Positions 11,801-26,800 of a stretch of 64,000 nt of DNA are shown piece after piece. How positions within the stretch are numbered: position 1 is the first letter of the stretch; the number at the start of each line of letters is the position of its first letter. The notes beneath the pieces are model-generated. The model made no database searches. It was not told the origin of the DNA and worked only from the letters and a program-made list of their open reading frames with translations. A program made the translations under genes and the position numbers. The DNA is from Lytechinus pictus (taxonomy: Eukaryota): positions 12,774,001-12,838,000 of the forward strand of contig NC_087250.1 in the NCBI RefSeq assembly GCF_037042905.1. Direction: 5' to 3'.

Positions 11801-14800
11801 CCATGGGGGTGTTGGCAGAGTACCCTAGAGGGCTGGGATTGCCCTGGTAGCTCCCGGGCGATGGGGTGTGGTAGGTGCCCGAAGGGGATGGGGTGGGTTG
11901 GTAGGAACCGGGGCTCGGGGCAGGCTGGAAACTGCTTGATGGGCTGGGAGTGGCTGCAGAGCAAAGAGACAATTACAAGAATTTATAAGGGTTACAAGAT
12001 ACGATCTCATTTTTAATACAATTTTTTATTTATAACTTCTTGTATATCTAACTTTTAGCACAAATTTCATTTGTTATCTTGCACTTTATGTCAAATATAA
12101 AAGATAATAGCCAAGTAAGCTTTAAACTCATTATCAGACCATCAATGACACAAAAATCATTTAATCACCAATCTTCCGCCTCACTACAATGACCAATGCA
12201 CAGCTATGACTGTAACCTCCCTCCTTGCCTCTCAAACAAAAATGTAGTACATTTTTGCCAATATAGGCATTATTTTATCATCACTGACACAAAAAACATT
12301 GAATTCAAGCAATCATATTCCTTCACCTCTTCCTCACAACTACCATCACACAATCATCATCCTAGCACCCATGTCCTACAATACTCACGCTGGAACCTTC
12401 CCGGTGACGGTGTCTGCTCAAGCAAGCATTAAAATCATTATCTTACCACCACTGATACAAAATCATTTAATCATAATTGTAAACCTCCTGCCTTTCCCCT
12501 CAGAAATGGAGCTTGTGTCTGCCCATATAGGGATCATCAATGTCTATAAGCAACAGGGTTCCTAGCTTTTCAAGAAAACAAAATTCCCTGATTTTTCCGA
12601 GATTTTTCCCTGATGAAGTTTAAAAATTCCCTGATTAAGTTATTTAAACCCATTCCCAACTTCGCCTGTTTTCTAAGTTTTTTCAGTGAATTACATGTAT
12701 TTTCAGCATAAAAACAATAATGTAATACTAATTAGTACCACCATAACCAGTCATTCAATGGATGTTGCTTTGATATGCAACCAAATTTAACAGAGTCTGA
12801 CTGACTACCGTCCTTCAGACTTTTGGGCTGATCAAAATTCCCTGATTTTCCCCCAATTTGAGGTATTTTTAATCAGATTCCCTGATTTTTCCCTGACTGG
12901 AAAAAAGTAAAATAATTTTCCCTGAAGCAATGATACAAAATCATTAACACATTATCTTCCTCCTCCTAATCCTCCCATCTACCATAGCACAATCATCACC
13001 ATCCTGTCCTCCATGCCCTATAATACTCACGTTGGTAACTTCCAGGGGATGGCGTCTGCGTCTGCCCGTACGGGGAGTAGGTCGACTCACTCCCGTACAT
13101 CCCGGATGAGTTGGGTGTGGCAGGGGTGTACGGTCCCGTCCCCGGCGACTGGGGTTCCCCGGAATACCCTGGAGTACCAGGGGTGGTGGATCCGTAGGGT
13201 TGGGGCGAGGGAGACGACTCGTCAAAGCTGGAGGGAAAATTGTGAATTCAACAATTAAATCAATATTGAATGACCAGTCGTAAAAATGGCGTACATTGGT
13301 ATGGGCACGTGTTGAGGAGGGATAACAGGCATGTTTTAATGGCTTTTTAATTCGAGGCGGGTGGTTCGAGTAGGAGGGGACGGCCAAAGAAGACATGGAA
13401 AAGGCAAGTGGAGGAGAGGAGGGTTGGCTTGAGGATGGGGGATGCACTCAATCAGGCAGAGTGGAGGGAAGGGAAGGGGCGAGGGCGATTGCTGCGAGTG
13501 TGAGATAAATCCGACCATCCCTGTTCACAGGTACAAAATCAAGATTAAAAGCCTTGGATCGATGATGACGATGAGCAGTAACAATATCAATAACACAAGA
13601 GGGGAAATCTAATGCTGGCTTCAGAATGCCATTACATTCTATTCAGACACACAGATGGTTAAAGTGAAATGTCAAATAAAAGATTTTATGGGAGCTGCTG
13701 TCTTGATCATCTCCAGAAATTGCATTTTTCTAGTGAAAATAAATCATTATGGCACTCCCCTCCCCCCCCCCAAGGGAATTTTCAATAACAAAATATCAAG
13801 ATTTGCATCATAATCTGTTACTCATAGTACATGCCTGCCTATTAACCCTGACAGCACAGAATCAGGAACAAATTACTAATTTCCAGAAATTGAAAATGTC
13901 TTAAATTTCCTACTCAATACTACATAAATAGACAAATTTCAATCAGTAAAAGAAAAAATAATGACACATTAACAAATTTTGGCTAAAAACACTATTTGCA
14001 TTGTATTTGTACATGAATTCACGTTTTTGAGCAATTTTGGGTCTGTATGCACTTACGAAAGGTTGCGTAATTTCGGAACCGCGTACCTGGGGGGTTGCAA
14101 TTTTGGTCTAAAGAGTTGCGCGAGACTTGAAAGTAAAAGGTCAATTTTGCGCGTTTGATTAATCACGAAAAATGTCGAGGGGGGGGGGGGGGCTGAATCA
14201 GCCCCCTCCCAATAATAGGGGTAAAAGCATAAAAATTTGCCTACTTTAAAAAGTGTTTAATGGTATATGTTTTCTTTATACTCCCACTGGTCAACTCCAA
14301 ACACCCGTTTTATTAATAGAGTTTAAAAGTTTTTCAAAATAGACGTAATGACTCAGGCCCAAGACCAGAGTTTAATTGAAACCAGAGTTAAGGATAAGGG
14401 ACAATCAAAGAGCTTACCCCATAGGAGTACTCGGTGCAGTGGGATCCCAGGCTCCTGATCTTGATGGGGTCATGCTGCCATCATGTGACGGGGTCATCGA
14501 GCCGTAGTGCGGGGTTCTACTTCCTGTGAAGGCATAATGAAAACAAGACAAGGATTAGTTGAGAAGAACAATGATAACAGATAATACTGGTAATATCAAG
14601 ATTTATATTGCCCTTTACACATGTGTTTAAAAGGCCCTGTTTACACAAAAAAATAACATAAGAACTAATACATAATAAAATGTGACATTACGTGTCCTTG
14701 CAAATCATTTAATAAATTGAAAACATAATAAACTACAGTATTTAAAAAAAATTGTCTTCTAGCAAAAGAATAATTGATTACTATTGGTGCTGCATCTGAA

Positions 14801-17800
14801 AAAAAATAAAATCTGTGTCCTGTTTGATAAAGACTTGTTATAATAACAAATTCACAATTTCTATAACAAATTTACTATCAGCCAATCAGATTGAATGATT
14901 TCAGTAGCTTTAAACTGAAATGGCCTTGAAATGTGACTGCTTATTTGATATCAATTGTGTGACTTTGCATCAATAGTACCCCCCAAATCAAAATGTTCCA
15001 CTCTAGAAATACAACACTTGGACCAGACCTGCCAACCTCTGGGAATGAAAAATTGTATTCTGTGATAAAAAAACTGTATTTTTCCCAAAAAAAGTGTATT
15101 TCATAATAAAATGCGTGGTGCACTCGCTCATCTCGGCGCTCAAGCTGCATGCAAGCTAAAATGCGCACTGCTCTTGCAGATGAAAAAAAAACATTGAAAC
15201 ATGTGTATATCTCACCCTGGTTTTAACAAAATGATTGAAAAAAAAAAGCTACCTGAAATTACATTGATCTAATAACCATATTTGTAGAAGTTTTATGAAA
15301 TAGAGACATATAGAGATGATTTTTCTCAATAAATCACAAATTTGTAAATTTTTTTTACATAAACGTATTTTTAAAAGAAAAAATATATTGGTCGCAAAAA
15401 CGTACTAAATATGCCAAAAAACGTACTGGTTGGCAGGTCTGTTGGACCAATTTTCCCCTCATTTATATCACTGATCCTGTATCTTAAAAATTTACATTGC
15501 AATAATGGTATCGGTATCCAATATACTTTGCAATTAAGTATTTTGATTGGTGGATTTGTTCAACAGTCCCACAAACTGAAGATCATGTCATGCTGATTCT
15601 TGAATAAAATTATTTTCTACAGTCCCATATACTTACCATCGTGTAGTGGAGTTTGAGAGCCATACATAGGAGTCCTAGAGCCGGTACCATACATGGGGGT
15701 TTGAGAGCCGTACATGGGCGTGTTTCTGCTGTAAGCTGTCGTCATTCCACTTCGGATCTGATCGCTGTAATTCAAAGATAAAGTAATGTTCTGGTCATGA
15801 TATCGAATTACGAGGGAAACACTCTAAAGAAAGAAAAAAATTGATAACAATGTACGCTATTTTATTCATTTCATGAGTCCACTCCACTGTTTTGAATTAA
15901 TGAGTCCACTCTTCAAACAGTGGACTCATGAATAAAATAGCATACAATTTTATCATTTTTTTTTCACTTTGAGAGTGTTTCCTCCATAATTCGAAACATG
16001 GCAACAGGAGTCAATTTGGCGCACTGTGACAAAAGCGCACTTCAGCATTGGATATTTTTAATACACGCGGTAAATAAGTGTAACTTACACAAAAAATCTG
16101 CAGACACCATTGGTTAAACCGATGGTTTAAGAACCACCTTTGTGAATTAGGGCCATTATGGTATCAAAATGTTTAAATAAGAAACAAATTTTAGTGCCAT
16201 CATGGCTTCAAACTTATTTCGGGATCGTTACCACTATTCGCGTTTACGTTTAACATACCTTACAATGTTCATGCGGCTCCTGTCGACGTTGATAGTTTTA
16301 CAGTTCGTATGAAGCTCTATACGAGCCGTTGATTCGGTGGCATCCTTGACGATACCAATATGACCTTCATGAAATTGGGAGAAAAATAATTCCTATTTAA
16401 TTAAATTCAATTCAATTCATTCAATTCAATTCAAATAAACATTTATTTTCCTCCATTTTACAAAATTTCTTCATTTTTGTTAACAAGAATTCATATGAAA
16501 TCAATTTCCATAAAGAATATAAATATATACAACTTCTGTGTACAGAGAAAGGCGTAGGTCCCAAGAAGCACATGCTTGTGGCGGGATATGCCTGTGGACA
16601 TATAAATATATACAATACACAATTCATTTTCCATTAAAATCACATTGTGAGTGGGTGACAACATCAGAATAAGATGATCACATAACTGTTTTGAGAAATT
16701 GAGTGAAATTACTAAATTTCATAACTTTCTTTTTAAAAATCCTTTTAAGATGAAATGTTCTGTATTTAACTTCTTTGATTTTTCTTTTTTAATTTGAATT
16801 AACTTTTTGTTGGGGCGTACTTCCCCTTTGAATTCATTTTGTGATCAATGACTACAGAAGCACCTCTATTTATATGACAGTCTTCTGTGAAACGAATACT
16901 GGACTGAACCAATATTAGGCTGTGACCTACCTTTGAATGGTCCCTTTGTTATACGCACTGTCTGTCCAATCAGGCCTCTATCTCTACCGACACGCCCCCT
17001 GCCACGCCCGCCACCACCAGGTCCACCTGCAGGCTGTTGACCTGTCAAAACAACATCAAAATTTACATCAACAATTTGCATGTTGCATCATGACCTTTAC
17101 TAGGCCTGGGAGTAAATTCCAAACAATTAATGCATTAAATCAGTTTTACGATGGCTCTAATATTCTTTTAATAAAATAAATGAATAATAGTAATACAAAT
17201 GATTTATATAGCGTCTTCTCCATTTTTATTAAATGCTCAAGGTGCTAGAAGAGAGCCAAACATAAAAGTAAAGAGAACTAAGAGAAATACAAGAAAGGAT
17301 AAATTACAAATGAGGAAAAATTTTTGTCTTCAAACCTAGTACCTACTGGTGAACAAATGCAATTCAAGGTTGCTCTTAAAGGATGTTGCAGAGTTTGAGT
17401 TCTTCGGCTCCTGTGGTAGTGAATTCCACATGGCTGGTCCGGCATGAGCAGAGGCTCGATCGCCCCAGGATTTTTTTATAGATAGTGGAATATGTAAGAG
17501 ACTATTCACATCAGGGGAAAATTGCATGGGGGCTCGAGGTAATTTCGTCCCTGAAGTGCTCAAATGAGCCCTGGAAAATAAACAAGCTCCCAAAAGTCCC
17601 ATTCACTGCAATGTTAAAGCATTTCCAATATTACAGATTTAGCTAATCCGTTGTGAAAAGTTGCCCCTTAAAATAAAGAAAATATAAAATAGGATGTGAA
17701 TCAGGCCAAAAGTATATATTATATACTTTTGGCCTGATTCACATCCTATTTTATCTATTTATTTACTTATTTATGTATTTATTTATTTATTCATTAATTC

Positions 17801-20800
17801 ATTTATTCATTCATTCATTCATTCAACCATTCATTCATTCATTCATTCATTTATGCTTTCTTTATACAGGGTGGTCCCTTCAGCACATAAAAACTGCTTT
17901 TTCGAGAGAGCCCTGTATATATGTGTACATTAAGAATTATGAAAGTCTCAAGATTTTTAAAATTCCATTTTTTCTTCTTCTATCTTTGAGGACCCCCTCC
18001 CCCCTAAAAATAGAAGAAAATATGTACATACCGGGACCTGCACTTGGATGCATGGGACTTGTAATACGTGGGCTCATGGGTGCAAATCCAGTCGAAAATC
18101 CACCATCCGATTTCTAGAAAAGATGAAATTGAACGGAATACAGAACATAAGTTTTATCATATCGAAATTTGTCATTCTCGATTCTCAGTGTTAAAGGGAT
18201 GGTCCAGGCTGGAGATATTTATATCTCAATAAATAGAGCAAATTTCCCAAAGCAAAATGCTGAAAATTTGATCAAAATTGGATAACAAAGTTATTCAATT
18301 TTAAAGATTTGCACTATTCCGAGGAAACAGTTCTAGGCATGTCTTCATAAATATTCATTAGGTGGGCTGATGATGTCATATTCCCACTTGTTCTTTTGTA
18401 TTTTTAAATGAAATAAGGTTTATCCAAAAATTTTCTATCAAAAACTAAAACAATTGGATTGACAACTGATTAAGTGCATTAGTTATTTATTGCCGCAACT
18501 TACTTTATCATAATGGAGACATAATTTACACATGTATGAAAAGGTGAATCAATTATGATTTTATGTAATAACATAAGAAAAAGGAAAGAGGGGATATGAC
18601 ATCATCAGCCCACTTAATGAATAATCATGATGATGTGCATATAACTATTTTCACAAATTCATAACTTCATTATTTGTTGTCCGATTTTGATGAAATTTTC
18701 AGCATTTTGCTCAGTGAATTTTACTCTATTTATCTAGATATAAATATTTTCAGCCCAGACCATCCCTTTAACTGTGCACTTGGGTAAGGCACACTTACAT
18801 CTGATTTGTATTTGAGACCACTTGAAGTACACCATTCTTGTAAGATATTACACAGGTAAAATATAGATAAAATAGTACACAGTGCAAGATAGTACAGAGT
18901 TCAACAGACTTTCCTCTATCATGGACTTTTAGGTATCTTACCCTTGAGCCTCCAGCCAGTACAATGTGCCTATTCCTAACTATAAACACACAATATTAAA
19001 TATGTGTGTTAGACAGTAAGATCACTAATAGGTAAAATAGTACACAGTGCAAGATAGTAAAGAGTTCAACAGACTTTCCTCTATCGTGGACTATTAGGTA
19101 ACTTACCCTTGAGCCTCCAGCCAGTACAATGTGCCTATTCCTGACTACAAACACTCCCCCATTCTCGGTCATCAGACGGGAATGCAGGAATGCGTAATTC
19201 CTGTAGATATGTCTGACTTCTCCTTCTCTTCCCTGTAAGAAAACAAATGAAGACACACAGGTAAATTCACTCAATTAAATATTTCTTTGGATTACAGAAA
19301 TTTGTTTGATTTTGGTGAAATGCATGTGTTCCACAAGGATTTTAATGAGACTTAAGAGTCGCACTTAAATTCCCAGTCAGTGCGGTATAGAAGGCATCAC
19401 CGCATTTTGTCATATCATGATAAGAGGACGCGCGCTTCTTAGCATTTATCAATATGATTGTGCATTATATATCATGCACGCATCAGCATTTAAACATGAG
19501 TTTAAGTCACACTCTTTGTGAAAAGAAAACCCAGGTCTGAAAAAAAATACTACAACTCAAGTGATCATTAGTTACAGATGACAACCTAAGCCTTACATCA
19601 CCATTATGCTGGGAATACAAATTAACAAACCATCAATATGAAACACACTCTATCTTTTCTACTTTTTTAAACTTTGCCCCACTGGAAATAGTGATTTTGG
19701 TATTCTTACAAGTTACAATAGCAGTTTCAAAACACTGCATGACTACCAATATCAATGAATTTCTTCTGACCAAATAGAGGCTTCATAAAGCTATTTGTAA
19801 AACTACGCATGACTCTATGCACGAATGGAACATGTTATCAGTGCTAAATCAGCTACACAGGGATATATCATTCTGTACTAAAAAAGGTCATCAGCTGTAA
19901 AACCTGGAGACGGAATCTCTGTATACATTTCAAATTATATGACACCTAGATAGATCCTTGTCATTTGATTAATTGTTCGAGATTGATCATTCAGCCCATT
20001 TTACAATGACGTCATCAATCGTGCAATTTTAGATCCATTCATCGTGTAATTTTGGATCCATACGATTTTGTCCATTGCACAAGCGCAACCAGACTGCAGC
20101 CACCACTTGTGTTTGCAGCGTTCATGTTGTATGTACATGATAATCAACAGACCGAGCTCGCACTGCATGAGCATATTTTGCATCGAAATTCACAAATTTC
20201 ATATGAAGAAGAATCTATTTTTAGGTGTCAAATAAACCAAATAATGAATGTTATTTTCATTCATGCAATGGACACAATACTTCAATCGGTGAAAGATAAA
20301 ATGAATAATCCATTCAACTCGGCTACACTTCGTTGACCTTATGAAGTATTCTGTCCATTGCACTCATAAACATTAATTATTAGTATACTATTGACCTACC
20401 GAGTGCGGACCATCAATGACCTTGACAATGTCTTTGACCTGTAGGTTGTTCTGTTCGGCGTCCAACGCTACTGCATGTCTGGAGTCTTTCTTACGGGTAA
20501 CAGCTTGGGGCTTTACTTGAACAAGCTACATCAAAATAGAAATTAAAGACAAATGCCAGATAGGGTGAACAATTTCAGAATAACAATGCACAGAATCTAA
20601 TCAAATGATCATCCAAGTGTCTTCCTGTTTCAGTTAAAAGTATGTGCCAAAAGATTCAGGCAGAAATCGTGTAATGGCTGAGAAATTAGGAAAATAAGTA
20701 TGGGATTCGAGTTAAAGACAAATACCAATTGTGGTAACGATCTCAAAATGAGTTCGAACAGAATCCAATGAAATTACAACCAAAGTGTTTGTATGTATAA

Positions 20801-23800
20801 ATACAAAATATGTGCCGAATAGCTTTGCAAGAAAATGCGTATTTGATGAGAAATGCGCAAAATAAGCACGGAATTACATATATTAATACACTGTCCCACA
20901 TGTCCTTTTCTTGGTTAGTGATCATCAGAATTATCGATTTTGAGCTAAGACTTCATGATTTTACAAAGATAAGCTTACATTAATGTACCAGATCTAGATG
21001 TATGATAATATTTTGACGATTAAACTTGATTTAAAAGACTTCTCATGAAATAATTGTTTGCTGCAACTGCTGTCTTTCACCTTTAAATATCAGGTATTTT
21101 GCCATGCAATAATAACACACTGTCCCACATGTGCTTATCTCTGTTAGTGATCATCAGTGTGAGTGTTTGTCAGCTTAGATTTCATGATTTCACAAAGTTC
21201 AGTTAATATAACTGTACCAGATCTAAATCTATATTGTCAGTGACAATTTACCTTAATTCTATAGACTTCTCATAAAATCAGTGTTTAATGCAACTACTTC
21301 CACTTATCTTTAGGCACTAAAGAAAGGAGCACAAGTCATCAATTAAATCTCAACAAAGACACTTCATCTAAATGTTTACCTTGTTATGCATGTTGAGTAC
21401 TTGGAAGGTCTCTTTCTCCAACCTTACGATCGAACCAACCGTCTGTGGACTGAGAAAGAAAAAATCTTTAAATAGAATATCAAAATGGAAGCACATACTT
21501 GCATAAAGTTTTTCACTTCATTTGATTGTGAAATTCAATCAAAGGAATATTTATCTATTCAATGTCATTCTTCAGTTATTAGAGACTCCTTGCTTTAGTC
21601 ATTTCTCAGCGAGAATGTGAATGAAAATTTCTACATATACAGTGATCATAGATCCAAAATTTCAAATGCAAGGGACATTTGTTTATAAATAACTTTTAAG
21701 ATTGAGTCTTCTGCATGATTGCTAACAATGACAAGATGTCAGCAAATTACATTTCCCTATTATGGCCACGATGTTGCTCCCCCTATTAAACAATCATGGA
21801 TTTAAAATTAGTCTCCATCTAGTGACAACTCATAATTGGGACCAACTTTTGTGAAACAGGTCCCGAGTCCAATGATTTGGGTCATACAACACAAAGCATA
21901 AAATCTGATCAATGAGCTGATGTTTATGATTCATTGCATTGATCAATAAATGCAATCAATAGTACAACTCAACCGTAGGATAACATGTGCACTAAGATTA
22001 CCTTTCTGTCTCCTTGTTCTTTACAAGAGGGGGATGTACGTGTAGAAATTGTGGGCCATTTATGATGGCTATGTTCAGTTAACATTCATGTATTAAAGGC
22101 ATACTTACTCAAGCTGAACCAAGTCACCCAATTGAAACTGTCCTAGAGAATCTACTCCTGTGCTCATCTCTTGGCATAGCTGAAGGTCCCTTGGCAATAC
22201 TTTCATCTAGAAGAGCGAGTGACAGAGAGAGAGAGAAAGAGAGAGAGGGGGGAGGGGTGGGGAAGAGAGCGGGAAGGAGAGAATGAGATGGAATGAGTGA
22301 CATCGGTTATTAGACGAAATGGTGAGTGGACAAATTGACAATTAGACCATGTGGATAGTGGACAAGACGAGTTGGCAATTGGACGAACTGGAAATAAACC
22401 TTCGTTTAGACCAACCTTAGAGCATTCCCTCTTCTCCATATTCTTCCCATGGGATCTTTGGTGTTCCCTTTCCTCTTAGGCCATTCACATCCAGATTCCA
22501 TGCTCTTTTCACAGGTTCATCATCTTCCCTCCTCAACACATCTCCCATCCATCTCAAATCACTTCTCTTCACCACTTCCATAACAGTCTCCTCCAAGCTC
22601 AACCTTTCCATGAGTTCACTTGTGACCTTTATATCAAATGTTTCTATCGGGGGCCCGTCTTACAAAGAGTTACGATTGATCCAATCAATCTCAACTGTAT
22701 TGAAATCCACCCATAACATAATTTTTTTCTCCATGAAATTTGCACAATCTCCTTAGGGTACGAAGAGAATCACACTGATTTTTTCAAGGAAACAATAAAT
22801 GTATGATTATACATCAAATCTAGAAATTATTTCGAACATACATGCATTTTAGATGTTGATGTTGCAGGCTTTCCATAGTTGTTGTTAATTGGATCAATTA
22901 TAACTCTTTGTTAGGAAGGACCCTCATATCTAAAGAAAAAAAAAATTCCTTACCTCGTGCATAGTGAGATCTGAAAAGACGATGGCTAGATTTTCCTCCA
23001 CCCTGACGACCAATCCCGTATCTCCCTCGTAGCGACCTGCGATGACCTTTACGTGATCTCCAATCTTGAAATGCTTCCTCAGTTCATGAGCAGGAAACTC
23101 CAAGGTATCCTTTACAAGACAAAACAAAACAGAATTATTTTGTGCATGCAGGTATCTGACATTTCAAAGGTACTATGTTTTATTCATCTCTTTAGAATCA
23201 AGACAACTTGGATTATTTTTTTTTATTCATTTTTTTCCATTAATCAATAAGAGCAAGAATTCAGGGAGAAATTACAAAACAAAAAAAAAACATATTCAAA
23301 TGAGCAAGCATAATGCTGAAAAATAAATTAATCAAATGAAAATAAAAAGATGTTTGTGCTTGAATGGACACATAAAACTAAAGGTACATATCTCAACTCT
23401 GGTAAAAAATTACAAAGAGATCATCAAATTAATAATTCTGGAATGGAAAATGCAACATGAATTGATCAGTATAAATCAGTCAATTGTTTCTTCGGTTATT
23501 TTAATTCATTTAATCTAGGGACATTGTTTATTTTTGATCTCATGAATTCCGTTATTTGGTAGGCCTGGGTGTAAAGCTTGAACGATCGATGCATCGATCA
23601 GTTTACCAACAAGCAGCAAGCAAATACTACTTTTAACACTAACTGAATGTTTGCCAGATGTTGATTACTGATTTGAGACATTCGATCATCGAAAGAACAG
23701 GGGTATAATCTTTGACATTTGACAAAAGCAGGAAAACAAAGGAATTTATGCTACTATTGAATCCAAGCATTGTGGCTGTTTCAAGATACACAATTGACTG

Positions 23801-26800
23801 TTGTACCAGCGAATGTGCATCACTCAGCTATGCTCATGTGCATGTCATAGGCACTGTACTGGAATACTCGACTGAGTCAGCACACTCATTATGTGTGACC
23901 ATCGGTAGGTCATAGTAATACATACTTGCCAACTTTAGAAAAAAAAAAAGAGGAATCAATTTTTCAGAGTAACGAGCGTGTGACATTTTGCGGGGGAAGG
24001 GTGTGGGGGTACCCCCCTGCCACGCCCACGGTTAGAAATTTTTGGAATTTTAGAACGTGAAATGGGGGTTTTCCTTCACTTTTGAAGTGCCTTTTACCTG
24101 TCCACAAAGAAAAAATCTTAATTTTGTCCCAGTGTAATGAAGCATGAAACAGGAAAATCAACAGGATTCCTTTCATGAAATTGTACCACATTTTTAGTCT
24201 TCAAAAACATGTAGATCTATTTCCTTTACAATATTGTACTAACTGGATATATCCTGAATGAAAATTTGGATGAGATTGATAGAAGTGAAATAACTGTATA
24301 TTTCTCAGAATACTCCTTCTTGTATTTCTGATTAATTTTGGGTTTGCTAATTTTTTGCTTTATTTCACGAAAACAGACTACTAGTAACAGTCTAAATGCA
24401 CATGTAACTTACACATGAACTTAGAATCTATGCAATTGCAAATGCACTGGTACGGTACTCGCTCACTGTCATAACCCAGGGAGCTCCAGCCCGCGAAGCG
24501 AGCCGCGGCCACGAAGCGTGCCGGAGCTCCCGGGGTTTACACTGTCACTGTGTCGTACTGCCCACTGCACTGTCTGTATAACGATCGGAATCACAGTCAC
24601 ATTCACAATCCAAACGATGCATTGGCGACGGTATCCACTTTCCACACACTGAATTTGTGATTTTTGGCTTTAAAATTCCACGGAAAAACTATATCCTTTG
24701 GCCATTAGCATTAGACCGACAATCGTTGAGCTGGATCTTACATTTGCACACGTATTATGCACATGTTTAATGCATGCAGCGCGGTATCGCGACGTCCGGC
24801 GACGTCGCAGCATGCATTGTATTTACACGTGTTGTCGCTCTAGCTGTGTTTGCACGCGCTTCTGCAATGTGCGCGCCATGTGAGATAGGCAAAGTGAAAA
24901 ACTACGTACAAGAGTGTGTTCAGTTGGTGGAAAAATAATGCTATTTGGGATATCGCGATATCCAGGTGCCCGCAAGCTTCAGTTTTGTCTAACCTTCGCT
25001 CCAGCCGTATTTTCAATATTATCAATGTAAAAATTAATGAAAATCGGAATTATGGGGTTGATATTCGTAATGCGGAATTGGCAATAAAAAATCGGGATGA
25101 TTCGGCCAAAATCGGGATGGTTGGCAAGTATGGACTAATAGATCAACTTTTTGTCATTTCTGATAATCCGGTACGCTTGATTGTTCTAACTATTATATTG
25201 TTTACTCTGGTGAACAATAAAATGGCAAAAAGGGTATTCGTCCCAGGCATATTTGGGTACATTGAAAACAAAACTTTCTCAGTTGCAGTCAATAATGTTA
25301 ATTATATGTTTTTCTGACTAGACTTAACTATCTGATAATAGCATAACGTTGTTTATTTAATGCATAAACATTTTATATTGACTGGATATTATAATTGCAC
25401 ATGGAAACAAAACATTCTTCATTATTAAGATCTTCGTTTTAATAAGTAATGCATCTAAACATTTATTGCCATTTTATACCGATTTTATTTTTTATATTTG
25501 TAAACCCTGACTCGTCAGGAGAGCTTCATAACAGAAACAAGTTTTTCTTTTGGTCATACTCAGGCACTAGTCGGTGGTAATTTTTTCCTCTTGTACATAT
25601 TCTTGTTGTCTTTTGCCTGGAAATAAATAAACAAACAAATAAATAAATAAATAAATGAATAAATAAATAACTAAATAGATAATTTCTAAAAGTTGAATTC
25701 CCATTTAACTGTCCCAAAGGACTTCCTTACCTTTAGATCTTCGTGTTTTGGTAGGACCAGGATGGTATTTCCATCGACGCTCTTGATTTTCCCTTGAAGA
25801 TGGATCAATTCTCCTTCCACCACTTCCACGTTGTCTCCTGGAGCAAAGCTGTGACTCTTTTCTTTGGTTGATTTGCTCTTCGCTACCACTGTTATGGTAA
25901 AACTGGTTAAGGAAAGACTTACATGTAAACCCCCCAATGCATTTATCACTAATGCAATTCATTATTAAGATTATTGATGAATAGGTGGTGATGAGGATTT
26001 TTTACCTGATTGCTAAGAAAGCATGAATGCTTGTAAGCAAGCAACCAGAATGAACAAAGAGCATTTCATTATTTATTTTTCTTTTACTTTGTTTGCCAAA
26101 TAATTCTGTGTTTAAACTGTCACTTATTATAATAGCAACAGTAGCATTATGCTTCCTCATTTTAGGTGAGGAAAGTACAGCTGTAATCCTGACTGGAAAA
26201 AATTTGGTCACAATCTCCATGAAAATTGTTAAAGGATACATTCTACGTCGATGTCCTCTGGCTTGTCTTCAAATCTCTCCAACTCAGACAGGGTGGGCTT
26301 GATACCTTCAGCAATCTGTGATTGGTATAACAAAGATAAGCATGGTAAAGGATACTGACAATGACAACATAAACAACGATGACGACAATGATGGGATGGT
26401 GCTGGTGGTGACAAGATGGTGATGATGATGAGGGTGATGGTAATGATGGTGGTGGTGAAGATGATGATGATGATAGTGATGAGGATGATAATGGTGATTA
26501 TAATGGTAATGATAATGAACATTTTGATGGTGATGATGGTGGTGTAGATGATGATGATGATGATGATAATAATAATGATGATGGTGGTGATGATGATGAT
26601 GATGGTGGTGGTGATGATGATGCTTATATTGGTGGTGGGTGGGGGCAGTGGTCATGATAATGGTGCTGATGTCAACGATGGTGACAATGATGATGCTGTT
26701 ACTGATAAAACATTATGACACAACATCTGGTTTGAATCTTCCCATTCAAAATTAGGAAGAATGTTACATTCTTTACTATCAACCAAAAGTTATATGGAAA

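Noticed and set aside
23105..23113. GTATCCTTT U12 donor on the plus strand
   Set aside because: Antisense to SPT5; it is the complement of an ordinary acceptor and exon start.
24698..25317. ORFs inside the hAT-like element as transposase
   Set aside because: Short, with no BED finger, DDE or dimerisation motif.
26229..26655. Poly-His and poly-Ile ORFs (also 2285-2506, 3949-4230, 44805-45017, 46639-46995)
   Set aside because: Trinucleotide microsatellite artefacts.
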